DNA from: Dehalococcoidia bacterium
Lineage (GTDB): Bacteria; Chloroflexota; Dehalococcoidia; Lucifugimonadales; UBA3495
Length of the DNA: 64,000 nucleotides
Direction of reading: 5' to 3'
Assembly (NCBI GenBank): GCA_012959605.1
Contig: DUCU01000092.1
Location: 7,620-71,619 of the forward strand
The notes below the pieces were generated by a model. That model searched no databases. It was not told the origin of the DNA and was given only the letters and a program-made list of their open reading frames with translations. How positions within the stretch are numbered: position 1 is the first letter of the stretch; every line of letters begins with the position of its first letter. A program made the position numbers and the translations under genes. Of the stretch, positions 43,658 through 53,453 are shown in pieces.

Positions 43658-44068
43658 CTATCTCTCAACGAAGACGATGCCCTCTCGACCCACGTAGCGG
43701 TCTCTAAACTCTTCGAATACCTTGAGTTTATCGGGCTGAAATTCAGTCCGCTTTTCATTGTCGTCCAGGTTGGGGTTGGAGAAGTAGCTGCGGACCAACG
43801 TATCTTCATACCCTGGGCCGGAGAACCTGACGTAATAGGAGTGCATGTCACCATGGCTTTCAGCCACGACGAACTGGATCCCAGTAACTTCTTCCAAAGC
43901 CAGATGGAAATGCCAGTTGTCAGCTTCAATGGTGACGTATTTGCCTGAGACCTCAGGTTCTTTAATCCCCTTGGCGCTATTCTCGCTGGATACTTTGCTG
44001 CCACCGATCACCCAAGTCTTCTTTTCATCCTGGGTCAGTTCACGGAGCACTTCCATTGTTATTTCCAA
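43658..44068 (-). CDS. Hypothetical protein (weak pattern resemblance to ChuX/HutX-type tetrapyrrole-binding proteins)
   Basis: 136-aa ORF packed 38 nt after cobN. 'HFHLALEEVTGIQFVVAESHGDMHSYYVRFSGPG' loosely parallels the 'GHI......IA.I...F.G....S..FF...G' segment of ChuX. No firm family assignment is possible. Confidence 0.45.
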   Translation of the reverse strand: MEITMEVLRELTQDEKKTWVIGGSKVSSENSAKGIKEPEVSGKYVTIEADNWHFHLALEEVTGIQFVVAESHGDMHSYYVRFSGPGYEDTLVRSYFSNPNLDDNEKRTEFQPDKLKVFEEFRDRYVGREGIVFVER

Positions 44069-44106
44069 GGCCGGCCCCCTATCTGTTTGGTCGGGTATTG
44101 GTTAAT

Positions 44107-47100
44107 TTAAGCGTTGGGTTCTTCCTGGCGGGCTTCCAAGTCTGCCTCTAAGTCCAGGAACATCTGTTGCAGTTTTTCTTTCATATCTGGCGGTGGGTTT
44201 TCCCACATGCCACGCTCGATGGCCTCTAGGAGTCGTTCCACGATGTCTCTGAGTGCCCATGGATTGCTCTTTTGGAAGAACTCTTGAGTCTTTGGGTCCA
44301 AGACGTATGACTCAGTGACGTTTTCGTACATCCAGTCTTCGATCACCTGGGCAGTGGCGTCGTAGCCAAACATGTAGTCAACGGTGGCTGAAAGCTCAAA
44401 CGCACCCTTGTAGCCGTGCCGCTTCATGGAGTCAATCCACTTGGGGTTCACGACTCTGGTGCGGAACACTCTGCGAGCCTCGTCCTCCAGCTTCCTGACC
44501 CTGGCGCGAGTGGGGTCTGAGCTATCCCCAAAGAACTGCTGGGGATTGCTGCCGGTCAATGCTCGCACCGTGGCAATCATGCCGCCGTGGTACTGCATGT
44601 AATCGTCGCTGTCAAAGATGTCGTGTTCTCGGTTGTCTTGATTCTTGGCCGCAACCACAATCTGGCTGAACCGGCGGCGGAACTCGTTTCTGGCGTGGAC
44701 ACCAAAGTCTCGGCGAGTATAGGCATAACCCCCCCAGGCGGTGTAGACCTCTGCCAAGTCCTGAACGGTCTCCCAGTTGCGCTCGTCGATTGCGCCCAAA
44801 ATTCCCGCGCCGTAGGTCCCTGGTTTGCTGCCAAAGATTCGGTAGAGGGCTGGGTTGCCCTCGGCTTGAGTCGGATCATCCGACTCTTTCTCGCCCGATT
44901 CCTTGGCGGCTTGGTCTTCTTTAACATGCTTGACGATCATATTGTCTTCAGGAGACTCGTCCAGCGAGGCCACGAGTTGAACAGCCTCATCAATGAGTTC
45001 AATCAAGTTGGGGAAAGCGTCCCGGAAGAACCCGCTGATGCGCACAGTAACGTCGATCCGTGGGCGGCCTAGATCTGCGAGTGGTATCACTTCTAGACCG
45101 GTGATACGCCTACTTTCTTCCTGCCAGAGGGGTTTCACTCCCAAAAGGCTGAACACCTGGGCAATGTCATCGCCGTGGGTACGCATGGCTGAGGTGCCCC
45201 AAATAACCAGGCCTACCATCTCCGGATAGGATCCCTCTTCCTCTATATACATCTTAAGCAGGGCATCAGCCAGGCCAACCCCCATGTCCCAGGCAGTGGG
45301 GGAAGGAATGGTCTTGGGGTCCACCGAATAGAAATTTCTTCCGGTGGGCAATATGTTGGACATGCCCCTAGTCGGCGCTCCGCTAGGTCCAGCGGGAACG
45401 AACTGACCGTTCAGCCCGCGCAGCAGGTTGCCAATCTCGTCGGTGGTCTTCAGCAGCGCCGGATGCAGGGTGTCGGTTACATAGTTAAGCACCTGGCTGG
45501 CCTGGGCATCGCTGGTGCCGAGTAGTTGCTCCACAGTTCCGGCCACGTCTTGGCTTCTGAACCCACCGGCATCAAGCAGGGTGTAGGCCGTGCGAGAGAG
45601 GAGTTCCAGCCGCTCCAGTAGGTCACCTTGGGTGCGGACGGGCGTGTCATCGTTGACCGCCAATTGGGCCGGAACCGGATCCGGGGCCGGCAGGGATGGC
45701 TCATCTAGTAGACTGGTGTAATCCAAGCCCATAGCCTCAGCAAGTGACCGTCTAAGGCTGGGTATCCCTCCGGTATCCAACCTTGTCAATGAAGACAGTA
45801 GGCCGGTCATCTGGTCGTCAGCTGGTACTTCGCCCAGTGTGTGTAGGCCGTCGCGAATCTGAGCGTCTTTCAGCTCACAGAGATACCCATCTATATGGAG
45901 GATAAAACCGCCGAAGTCCTCCGGTTGCTCGTCCACCCCCAGGTCGCGGTCCAAGTCGGCCTGACGAACCATGTCCCAAATCTGGCCCTCCAGCATTGGG
46001 AGTTTCGCTGGATCCAGGGTTTGGCACTGGTAATGTTCGTCCATCAACTGTTCCAGCCGGGCAATGTCGCCATAGCTATCAGCGGTGGTCATGGGCGGTA
46101 TCAGGTGATCGATAATCGTGGCGTGGGCCCGGCGTTTGGCCTGGGCGCCTTCACCAGGGTTGTTGATGATAAACGGATAGAACAGAGGCACATCTTCCAG
46201 GGTCACCTCCGGGTAGCAGGTATTGGAAAGTCCAATACCTTTGCCGGGAAGCCATTCCATGGTGCCGTGCTTACCCACGTGAACCATGGCGTCCGCCTTG
46301 AAGACGTCCCTGACCCAGCGGTAATAGGCCACGTAATGGTGGGTTGGGGCCAGGTCTGGGCTGTGATATACCGCAATCGGGTTCTCGCCAAATCCCCGGG
46401 GCGGTTGCAGACCCACAAACACGTTACCCAGGTCGATACCGGCGATGGCTAGGTCGTCACCCGTGCGGTATACCTGGCCGGGCGGCTCTCCCCAGGCTGC
46501 TCTAAGTTCGGTTTGGACCTGCTTTGGGAAGGTCGTGAACCAATCTTTGTACTGCTTTCCCGTGACGTGTCCCGCAGCCAACCGCAGCTGTTCCTCGGTG
46601 AGAGTGTCCGTGTCGTTGCTACAACGCTCGATAATCCGGTGGACCAACTCGTCGCCGTCTTCGGGTATGTCAGTTACGTGGTAGCCAGCGTCCTTCATGG
46701 CGTTCAGGATATTCACAACTGACGCGGGAGTATCAAGGCCGACTGCGTTGCCAACCCTGGCATCTTTGGTCGGGTAGTTACTCAGGATGATGGCAATGCG
46801 CTTTTCGGCATTGGTCTTGAGCCTGAGTCCAGCCCATTTGACCGACAGACGGGCCAAGAAATCTACCCGGTCGGGTCGGGGTATGTTCCGTTGCAGGCGG
46901 GCGTCCATCTTGCCGCTGCGTCCGTTAACTGCGGAGGCCACTTCTTCTTTAAAAGAGATTGGCACCGTGATGATTCGCCCATCAAACTCAGGTAGGGCGA
47001 CATTCATAGCCGTGTCGATCGGTCCCAGACCAAGTTCACTCTTATCCCAGTCCGATTCACTGCCAGTACTGAAGATGCCTTGAATTATCGGAACGTTGAG

Positions 47101-47982
47101 CTGGTCCAGATAATCGACCTGGGGCCCGGTGGCAAATGTTGCACCGTCCTGTTGCAGGTCCGTCATGGACATCCCCATGGTGTTAACGATGCAGTGAACG
47201 CGTGACTTTCCGTTGGCGTCGCAGAGAATCTCGGAGAAGGTTCGGTTCCCCTGCCCGTCGCCTTCCGGGTTGTGCTTCAAGCTGAAGGAGTAGACCGGCA
47301 GCACATTTGCCCCAAGCTCGTCAAAGCGATTAATAAGAGAGTCGATCGTCAGCAAGTTGCCGCTCATCCAGTGGGCACGGTAGAACAAGATAGCAATGTT
47401 GGGTCGATCTGGCTGAAAGCGACGGTCAACAAAATCCTGAGCGGTCAGGCCATCGGCTTCTTCCGGATGGTAAACGCCCTCCCAGGGCACCTCCGCCGGG
47501 GCTTCGTGGCCGTAATCAGAACCCAGGTAAGAATCGCTCAAGAATAGGAACAGGTTCTGGAAATTGGGCACGCCACCTCTAATTAGATAAGAGAAGATGG
47601 CATCAAGCTCAGACGGGGGTACATTGCAGGCGGTGACCAGTTCTTGATCCCATTCCTGGTGGCCAGGACAGGCAATCAGCGGGATTCCTCGGTCGTGGCA
47701 AATACGCACCAGCGGGTCAAACATTTCAGGCATGGCCCGCTTGCCGCCCAAAAGCCTTAGCACCACAACATCTGCTTCCGCTGCCGCGGTCAATATTGCC
47801 TGTTGTTCGCTCTCTTCAGGGGAGTCACTAGAAGTGCCATCTGGAGAAGCCTTGATTGAGGCCGGTGAGGACATGTTGGCTGGGTTAAAGGCCTTAACCT
47901 CTGGAAAATCTGCAGGTAGATCCTCCAAGGCGCGGTCAGCGGTTAGTAGGTCAGTATCGGCGGTTGTGACAAAAAGGATCAA
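44107..47982 (-). CDS. cobN: Cobaltochelatase large subunit CobN (CobN/ChlH family)
   Basis: 1291 aa with a TTG start. It shows full-length CobN-type architecture ('MILFVTTADTDLL', 'HVGKHGTMEWLPGK', 'YGAGI', 'DDYMQYHGGM'). Confidence 0.9.
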   Translation of the reverse strand: MILFVTTADTDLLTADRALEDLPADFPEVKAFNPANMSSPASIKASPDGTSSDSPEESEQQAILTAAAEADVVVLRLLGGKRAMPEMFDPLVRICHDRGIPLIACPGHQEWDQELVTACNVPPSELDAIFSYLIRGGVPNFQNLFLFLSDSYLGSDYGHEAPAEVPWEGVYHPEEADGLTAQDFVDRRFQPDRPNIAILFYRAHWMSGNLLTIDSLINRFDELGANVLPVYSFSLKHNPEGDGQGNRTFSEILCDANGKSRVHCIVNTMGMSMTDLQQDGATFATGPQVDYLDQLNVPIIQGIFSTGSESDWDKSELGLGPIDTAMNVALPEFDGRIITVPISFKEEVASAVNGRSGKMDARLQRNIPRPDRVDFLARLSVKWAGLRLKTNAEKRIAIILSNYPTKDARVGNAVGLDTPASVVNILNAMKDAGYHVTDIPEDGDELVHRIIERCSNDTDTLTEEQLRLAAGHVTGKQYKDWFTTFPKQVQTELRAAWGEPPGQVYRTGDDLAIAGIDLGNVFVGLQPPRGFGENPIAVYHSPDLAPTHHYVAYYRWVRDVFKADAMVHVGKHGTMEWLPGKGIGLSNTCYPEVTLEDVPLFYPFIINNPGEGAQAKRRAHATIIDHLIPPMTTADSYGDIARLEQLMDEHYQCQTLDPAKLPMLEGQIWDMVRQADLDRDLGVDEQPEDFGGFILHIDGYLCELKDAQIRDGLHTLGEVPADDQMTGLLSSLTRLDTGGIPSLRRSLAEAMGLDYTSLLDEPSLPAPDPVPAQLAVNDDTPVRTQGDLLERLELLSRTAYTLLDAGGFRSQDVAGTVEQLLGTSDAQASQVLNYVTDTLHPALLKTTDEIGNLLRGLNGQFVPAGPSGAPTRGMSNILPTGRNFYSVDPKTIPSPTAWDMGVGLADALLKMYIEEEGSYPEMVGLVIWGTSAMRTHGDDIAQVFSLLGVKPLWQEESRRITGLEVIPLADLGRPRIDVTVRISGFFRDAFPNLIELIDEAVQLVASLDESPEDNMIVKHVKEDQAAKESGEKESDDPTQAEGNPALYRIFGSKPGTYGAGILGAIDERNWETVQDLAEVYTAWGGYAYTRRDFGVHARNEFRRRFSQIVVAAKNQDNREHDIFDSDDYMQYHGGMIATVRALTGSNPQQFFGDSSDPTRARVRKLEDEARRVFRTRVVNPKWIDSMKRHGYKGAFELSATVDYMFGYDATAQVIEDWMYENVTESYVLDPKTQEFFQKSNPWALRDIVERLLEAIERGMWENPPPDMKEKLQQMFLDLEADLEARQEEPNA

Positions 47983-48078
47983 ATTGGGAACAGTCTCTTC
48001 CGGCCCTCCATGTTAAAAAAGACAGGCCGATGAAATTAATTGAGTAGATTAGCCGGCTGTTTGAATGGCCTGATCCGT

Positions 48079-48774
48079 CTAATTTGTATCGGGTTGATGA
48101 AATACCATTAGTGAAAGGTCGCTAAATTCCGTGGTGATCTCAGAGCATTCTTTAATAGTGCCACTCCAAGATTGCTCATCGTTGTAGGTTAGTCTTTGAA
48201 AGACAGTCATCTGACGGTCTGCTGAGACGCCCTTGCTGAGTATACCGGTGGCAATGCCAGCAGGCATCAGGTCGTAGGGGCGGGGCAGAAGGATGATATT
48301 TCGGCGTCCATCCTTTAGATAGTGAATCAGCTCATCCAGGGCGTTTTCGGTCCCGGCCCGGACATGTAGTGTGACAAACACTGTGTGTTCTAGGGAGATG
48401 CCAGTCCGAGACATCGCAATCTGGACGGAACTGATGCCAGGCACCAGTTCCACGTGGTCAACCCGTTTTCGCACGCGGTCCAAGAGTTCCTTGGCTGAGA
48501 CGTTCAGGTCTCCCCAGGCGCAGACCACCAGGCTCTTGCCCTCGTTGATAACCTTGTCTACGGCGTAGTCCAAGACTTCTTCTTGGTTTCGGTAGGCCAT
48601 TGAACAGAGTTCAGCGCCTTTAACGAAGGGGCGAATGACGTTTAGAACGGTCTCGAAGCCGGCAACAAGGTCGGCATCTTCTATAGCTTGTTTCCCTTTA
48701 AGGGTTAAAAACCCGTTGTCTCCCGGGCCAACAGCTACGATAGTAGCCCGAGTTTCTTTATTACTGGAGGTCAT
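48079..48774 (-). CDS. Tetrapyrrole methylase family protein, CbiE-like
   Basis: 231 aa. 'IVAVGPGDNGFLTLKGKQAIEDADLVAG' and 'VPGISSVQIAMSRTGISLE' fit the TP_methylase fold as found in CbiE/CobL-N. The usual 'SGDP' motif is replaced by 'WGDL'. Confidence 0.6.
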   Translation of the reverse strand: MTSSNKETRATIVAVGPGDNGFLTLKGKQAIEDADLVAGFETVLNVIRPFVKGAELCSMAYRNQEEVLDYAVDKVINEGKSLVVCAWGDLNVSAKELLDRVRKRVDHVELVPGISSVQIAMSRTGISLEHTVFVTLHVRAGTENALDELIHYLKDGRRNIILLPRPYDLMPAGIATGILSKGVSADRQMTVFQRLTYNDEQSWSGTIKECSEITTEFSDLSLMVFHQPDTN

Positions 48775-49133
48775 CTAGTGCCTTTTGGGCCGTGAATAAA
48801 TAACGCACAATGCTGGCGTTAGTTGGCCGAGTGAGTTTGGATACCGAATGATAACGGTCCTGGAGGTTGCTTATTCCTGGGTGAAAAACCCTGGTATCAA
48901 TCAATGAATGAGTGACATGAGGGAATCAAATTCGCAACCTGGAATCAAAGCTACTTTATGATTGGTGGATGGGTATGTCAAGAATCTAGAAAGCATTCGA
49001 TTCTGGCGAATCAGGCAGCAGATTTGATTGTGGAAAAATTTGGGAATCCAACTCAAGGAATACACGTGAAATCAAGCCAACGGGTATCCTAAAATACCAG
49101 TCTAAATCACAGGCTAATCACTCGTAAATTCTG

Positions 49134-49162
49134 TTGACATTCCCAGACTCGATTGATAGAGT
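49134..49162 (+). promoter_or_regulatory. Candidate sigma70-type promoter of the rpsL operon
   Basis: TTGACA (49134-49139), a 17-nt spacer, then TAGAGT (49157-49162), ~37 nt upstream of the rpsL ATG. Confidence 0.5.
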
Positions 49163-49198
49163 TATATATCGCGCCCATTGTGGCGAGGGGATATTCCT

Positions 49199-49621
49199 AT
49201 GCCAACAGTTAACCAGTTAGTTAGAAAGGGCAGAAAGCCTGTCCGTAAAAAGACTAAAGCGCCAGCGATGCACTGGGTGCAGAACTCGCTGACCAATAGA
49301 ACAAAATGGGGTCCCGGCTGTCCGCAGCGCCGTGGTGTTTGCCTTCAAGTACGCACAATGACGCCGAAAAAGCCTAACTCGGCACTTCGTAAGATTGCCA
49401 GAGTTCGTTTGACCAACGGACAAGAAGTAACTGCCTATATTGGCGGTGAAGGTCATAACCTTCAGGAACACTCGGTCGTATTGATTAGGGGCGGTCGTGT
49501 TAAAGACTTGCCCGGTGTCCGCTACCACGTTGTGCGCGCTGCGCTCGACTGTGAAGGTGTACCGGATCGCCGCCGAGGCCGCAGCAAATACGGGGCGCTC
49601 AAGCCTCGCGAAGGAGCTTAG
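49199..49621 (+). CDS. rpsL: 30S ribosomal protein S12
   Basis: '[13 protein letters not shown]...' is canonical. I set the start at ATG 49199 rather than the upstream track start. Confidence 0.95.
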   Translation: MPTVNQLVRKGRKPVRKKTKAPAMHWVQNSLTNRTKWGPGCPQRRGVCLQVRTMTPKKPNSALRKIARVRLTNGQEVTAYIGGEGHNLQEHSVVLIRGGRVKDLPGVRYHVVRAALDCEGVPDRRRGRSKYGALKPREGA

Positions 49622-49704
49622 CCGGTTGATTCGGCTTTCACCTTCAGGCTTTCGGGACTAATAACCCGGATTTAGGTGAGACCTCAACTTAGGTGTGATT
49701 ACGC

Positions 49705-50175
49705 ATGTCTAGAAGACGCCCCGCGGTAAAACGAGACATAGCCCCCGACCCACGTTTTAACGACGTAGAGTTGGGCAGGTTTATCAACAGGTTGATGATG
49801 AAGGGCAAGAAATCAATTGCCCAGCGCATCACCTATAACGCCTTTGACATTATTCAGGAAGAGTCTAACAGGGAACCCCTGGAGGTCTTCCAACAGGCAT
49901 TGAGAAATGCCACCCCTGCAGTGGAGGTTCGCCCCAAACGTATTGGCGGATCAACCATTCAAGTACCCACGGAACTCCGTGCGGTACGTAGCGAGGCGCT
50001 TGCCATGCGCTGGATCATTAGAGGGGCTAGGTCCCGGAACGGGATGCCGATGCGGCGAGGATTGGCACAAGAATTAATGGATGCTTCCCGTGGCGAGGGT
50101 ACTGCAGTCCGTAGAAGGGAGGAATTGCACCGGATGGCGGAAGCCAACCGGGCCTTTGTGCACTACCGTAGGTAA
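49705..50175 (+). CDS. rpsG: 30S ribosomal protein S7
   Basis: 'MSRRRPAVKRDIAPDPRFN' is canonical, and the gene is in operon position. Confidence 0.95.
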   Translation: MSRRRPAVKRDIAPDPRFNDVELGRFINRLMMKGKKSIAQRITYNAFDIIQEESNREPLEVFQQALRNATPAVEVRPKRIGGSTIQVPTELRAVRSEALAMRWIIRGARSRNGMPMRRGLAQELMDASRGEGTAVRRREELHRMAEANRAFVHYRR

Positions 50176-50236
50176 TTATCGCTTCAGATAGTCCCGCTTG
50201 TAGGCCCCAGCGCCCTGTCTTCATTATAAGTATCCT

Positions 50237-52330
50237 GTGCCCAGTCTGATGGAAGAAACATTTCCGATAGAGAAGATTCGCAATATCGGGTTCATTGCCC
50301 ATATTGACGCCGGTAAAACCACTGTAACTGAACAAGTCCTCTTTGCCACCGGTCGCATCCACCGAGCCGGTGGTGTCGATGATGGCAATACTGCGATGGA
50401 CTGGATGCCCCAGGAAAAAGAACGGGGTATCACCATCACCGCCGCAGCGACCACCACTTACTGGCAGGACAACCGAATCAACGTAATCGACACCCCAGGC
50501 CACGTTGATTTCACCGCCGAAGTAGAACGCAGTCTCCGTGTCTTGGACGGCGGTATTGTCGTGCTTGACGCCGTGGCTGGCGTTCAGTCCCAGTCAGAAA
50601 CCGTCTGGCGGCAAGCTAACACCTACAAAGTCCCACGCCTTGCTTTCGTAAATAAAATGGACCGAATCGGCGCCAACTTTGAGCGCACGATTGAATCCAT
50701 TCGTCGTCGTCTTGGCGGCAACCCCGTCGCCATCCAGATTCCCATCGGTGCCGAAGACGAATTTGCTGGGATGATTGACCTAGTTGCCGGAATTGCCACG
50801 GAGTTCCCCGTGGGTCGGGTGAATGAAGGTAACCAAGATCGACCTGAAGACACGGAAATACCAGAGGCCAATCGAGCAGATTACGAGTCGTACCGCGCAG
50901 TCATGCTTGAGAAGATTGCCGAGACCGATGATGCCCTATTAGAGAAATTCCTCGAAGGCGAAGAAATCGGCCAAGAAGAATTGATGGCCGCCCTTCGCCA
51001 GGCCACAATCGACCATAAAATTGTGCCGGTCCTGTGCGGCAGCGCCATGTTTGCCAAAGGCGTGCACAACTTACTGGACGCCATCGTGGATTATTTGCCA
51101 TCCCCTGCTGATGTCCCTGCAGTGGAAGGTCTCAACCCGCGAACCGATGAAATTGAACTCCGAAACCCGAACGCCAGTGAACCTCTTGCCGCATTGGCTT
51201 TTAAAGTGGCCACTGACCCTTATGTAGGGCGTTTGGTTTTCCTTCGTGTCTATTCCGGCACCGTTAAAGCGGGCGCTGTTGTGAATAACATCACCAAGAA
51301 TGAACGAGAGCGGATGGGACGACTCCTCCGCATGCACGCCAACTCACGAGAAGAACTTGAAGAAATAACGGCTGGTAACATTTGTGCCGCCATTGGTTTG
51401 AAGAACACCTTCACCGGAGACACCATTTGTTTCCAACAAGACGGCGTGATTCTAGAGCCGCCCAAATTCCCCAAACCAGTTGTATCAGTTGCAGTAGAAC
51501 CCAGCACCAAAGTCGACCAAGACCGCCTTTCAGACGCTCTCAAGAAACTGTCAGATGAAGATCCCACATTCTTGGTCAGCGTGAACGACGAAACCGGCCA
51601 GACAATCATCTCCGGAATGGGAGAACTTCATTTAGAGGTTCTTGTGGACCGGATGCGACGCGAGTTCAACGTTGTAGCCCAGGTTGGCATGCCCCGTGTT
51701 TCCTACCGGGAAGCCCTCACGGTAGCCCGTGAAGTGGAAGGCAGATTTGTTCGCCAGACCGGCGGTCACGGTCAATTTGGCCACGTTGTCTTAGAACTTT
51801 CTCCCCTGGAACAAGGGGGAGGCATAGTATTCGAAAACAAGATCACCAGAGGCGCAATCCCCCGGGAATTCATTCCTGCGGTGGAGAAAGGCGTAAGGGA
51901 AGCGCTGGACAATGGACCCATTGCTGGGTATCCTCTGGTGGATCTGAAAGTGTCCCTGGTGGACGGAAGCTTTCATCAGGTGGACTCCTCTGAAATGGCT
52001 TTCCGCAGCGCCGGGATGTTGGCCATCAGGGAAGGGGCGCCCAAGTGCTCGCCGGTCCTGTTAGAGCCCATCACGGATCTTGAAGTGGTAACCCCAAGTG
52101 AATACCTCGGTGAGGTCATAGGTGACTTGGGAACACGAAGAGCCCAAATTCAGAACATTGAAGAACAGGACGGACTACAGTCCGTGAGGGCGTTGGTGCC
52201 ACTAGGTGAGACGTTCTCATACACCACTGCTCTTCGTTCATTGAGCCAGGGCAGGGCCTCTTTTTCCATGGAATTCAAGTACTACGAGCAGGTGCCAGAG
52301 CATATCGTTAAGACGCTGGCCCAGCTCTAG
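50237..52330 (+). CDS. fusA: Elongation factor G
   Basis: 'IRNIGFIAHIDAGKTT', 'DTPGHVDF' and 'NKMD' are present. The start may be ATG 50249 ('MEETFPIEK') rather than GTG 50237. Confidence 0.95.
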   Translation: MPSLMEETFPIEKIRNIGFIAHIDAGKTTVTEQVLFATGRIHRAGGVDDGNTAMDWMPQEKERGITITAAATTTYWQDNRINVIDTPGHVDFTAEVERSLRVLDGGIVVLDAVAGVQSQSETVWRQANTYKVPRLAFVNKMDRIGANFERTIESIRRRLGGNPVAIQIPIGAEDEFAGMIDLVAGIATEFPVGRVNEGNQDRPEDTEIPEANRADYESYRAVMLEKIAETDDALLEKFLEGEEIGQEELMAALRQATIDHKIVPVLCGSAMFAKGVHNLLDAIVDYLPSPADVPAVEGLNPRTDEIELRNPNASEPLAALAFKVATDPYVGRLVFLRVYSGTVKAGAVVNNITKNERERMGRLLRMHANSREELEEITAGNICAAIGLKNTFTGDTICFQQDGVILEPPKFPKPVVSVAVEPSTKVDQDRLSDALKKLSDEDPTFLVSVNDETGQTIISGMGELHLEVLVDRMRREFNVVAQVGMPRVSYREALTVAREVEGRFVRQTGGHGQFGHVVLELSPLEQGGGIVFENKITRGAIPREFIPAVEKGVREALDNGPIAGYPLVDLKVSLVDGSFHQVDSSEMAFRSAGMLAIREGAPKCSPVLLEPITDLEVVTPSEYLGEVIGDLGTRRAQIQNIEEQDGLQSVRALVPLGETFSYTTALRSLSQGRASFSMEFKYYEQVPEHIVKTLAQL

Positions 52331-52392
52331 TCTTATTTATTCGTAGTAACTCGTAAGCACAAACAAAGAAAAGTAATCTCAAAAGCAGGCAT

Positions 52393-52704
52393 ATGGTAAC
52401 TCGGCAAAAAGTACGAATCATATTGAAAGCGTTCGACCACAAAATGTTGGATCTTTCCACTGGGCAGATTGTGGAAACAGCTGAACGGACAGGAGCACGT
52501 GTTGCTGGTCCGGTACCGCTGCCCACACACATTCGTCGGTTCTGCGTTATTCGCGGACCCCACGTGGACAAAGACTCACGTGAGCACTTTGAGATTAGGA
52601 CTCACAAGCGCCTGATTGACATCCTAGAGCCCACATCAAAGACCATCGACTCACTGACCAGGTTGAACCTGCCAGCGGGCGTGGACATCTCGATTAAGCT
52701 CTAG
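52393..52704 (+). CDS. rpsJ: 30S ribosomal protein S10
   Basis: '[15 protein letters not shown]' is canonical. Confidence 0.95.
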   Translation: MVTRQKVRIILKAFDHKMLDLSTGQIVETAERTGARVAGPVPLPTHIRRFCVIRGPHVDKDSREHFEIRTHKRLIDILEPTSKTIDSLTRLNLPAGVDISIKL

Positions 52705-52793
52705 TCTCTGGTTCAAGCGATTAGGCTAAACGAACCATCCAAGCGAACGAGCCTTCGGCGGCTCAACCTTATAAAGAATAAAGGCTACATATA

Positions 52794-53411
52794 ATGCTCC
52801 AGGGATTCCTGGGAACGAAAATTGGGATGACTCAAATTTTCCGTGAAGACGGGAAAGTAGTCCCCGTTACCGTGATTCAAGCCGGTCCTTGCGTTGTCAC
52901 TCAGGTGAAAACAATGGAAACCGACGGTTATGAAGCCGTCCAGCTAGGGTTCGGCGATGTTAAACGCCGGAACAAGCCCCAGGCGGGCCACTTGAAGAAC
53001 AGCAAACTATCACGGTACCTCCGTGAAGTTACGACCGACGATACAAACGAGTTCACTGTTGGTCAGTCGATCGGCGTTGATATCTTCGAGTCCGGTGAAA
53101 AGGTAGATGTCATTGGAACGTCCAAAGGCCGCGGTTTTGCCGGCGTAATGAAACGTTGGAACTTCGGTGGCGGTCCTCGGACACATGGTCAGTCAGACCG
53201 TGCCCGAGCCCCGGGTTCTATCGGCGGCGGTACCACTCCGGGTAAGGTCTATAAAGGCATGAAGATGGGCGGACACATGGGAAACCGCCGGATCACAGTC
53301 AAGGGACTGGAAATCATAGAGATTGATACCGAGAGAAACTTGCTCATGGTTAAGGGCGGAATCCCCGGTGCACCAAACAGCCTAATTCAGATTAGAAGAT
53401 TCGGCGCTTAA
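52794..53411 (+). CDS. rplC: 50S ribosomal protein L3
   Basis: 'GFLGTKIGMTQIF...PVTVIQAGPC' is canonical. Confidence 0.95.
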   Translation: MLQGFLGTKIGMTQIFREDGKVVPVTVIQAGPCVVTQVKTMETDGYEAVQLGFGDVKRRNKPQAGHLKNSKLSRYLREVTTDDTNEFTVGQSIGVDIFESGEKVDVIGTSKGRGFAGVMKRWNFGGGPRTHGQSDRARAPGSIGGGTTPGKVYKGMKMGGHMGNRRITVKGLEIIEIDTERNLLMVKGGIPGAPNSLIQIRRFGA

Positions 53412-53453
53412 CTGCGCAGCTTGATTGAAACAAACGGCTAATAAAGAATACAA

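Noticed and set aside
48775-48950. Second cobalamin riboswitch upstream of the cbiE-like/cobN genes
   Set aside because: I read the minus strand and found no B12 box, no GCCACUG and no GGGAA-GGUG element. Only an unclassified stem (GAUACC...GGUAUC) is present.
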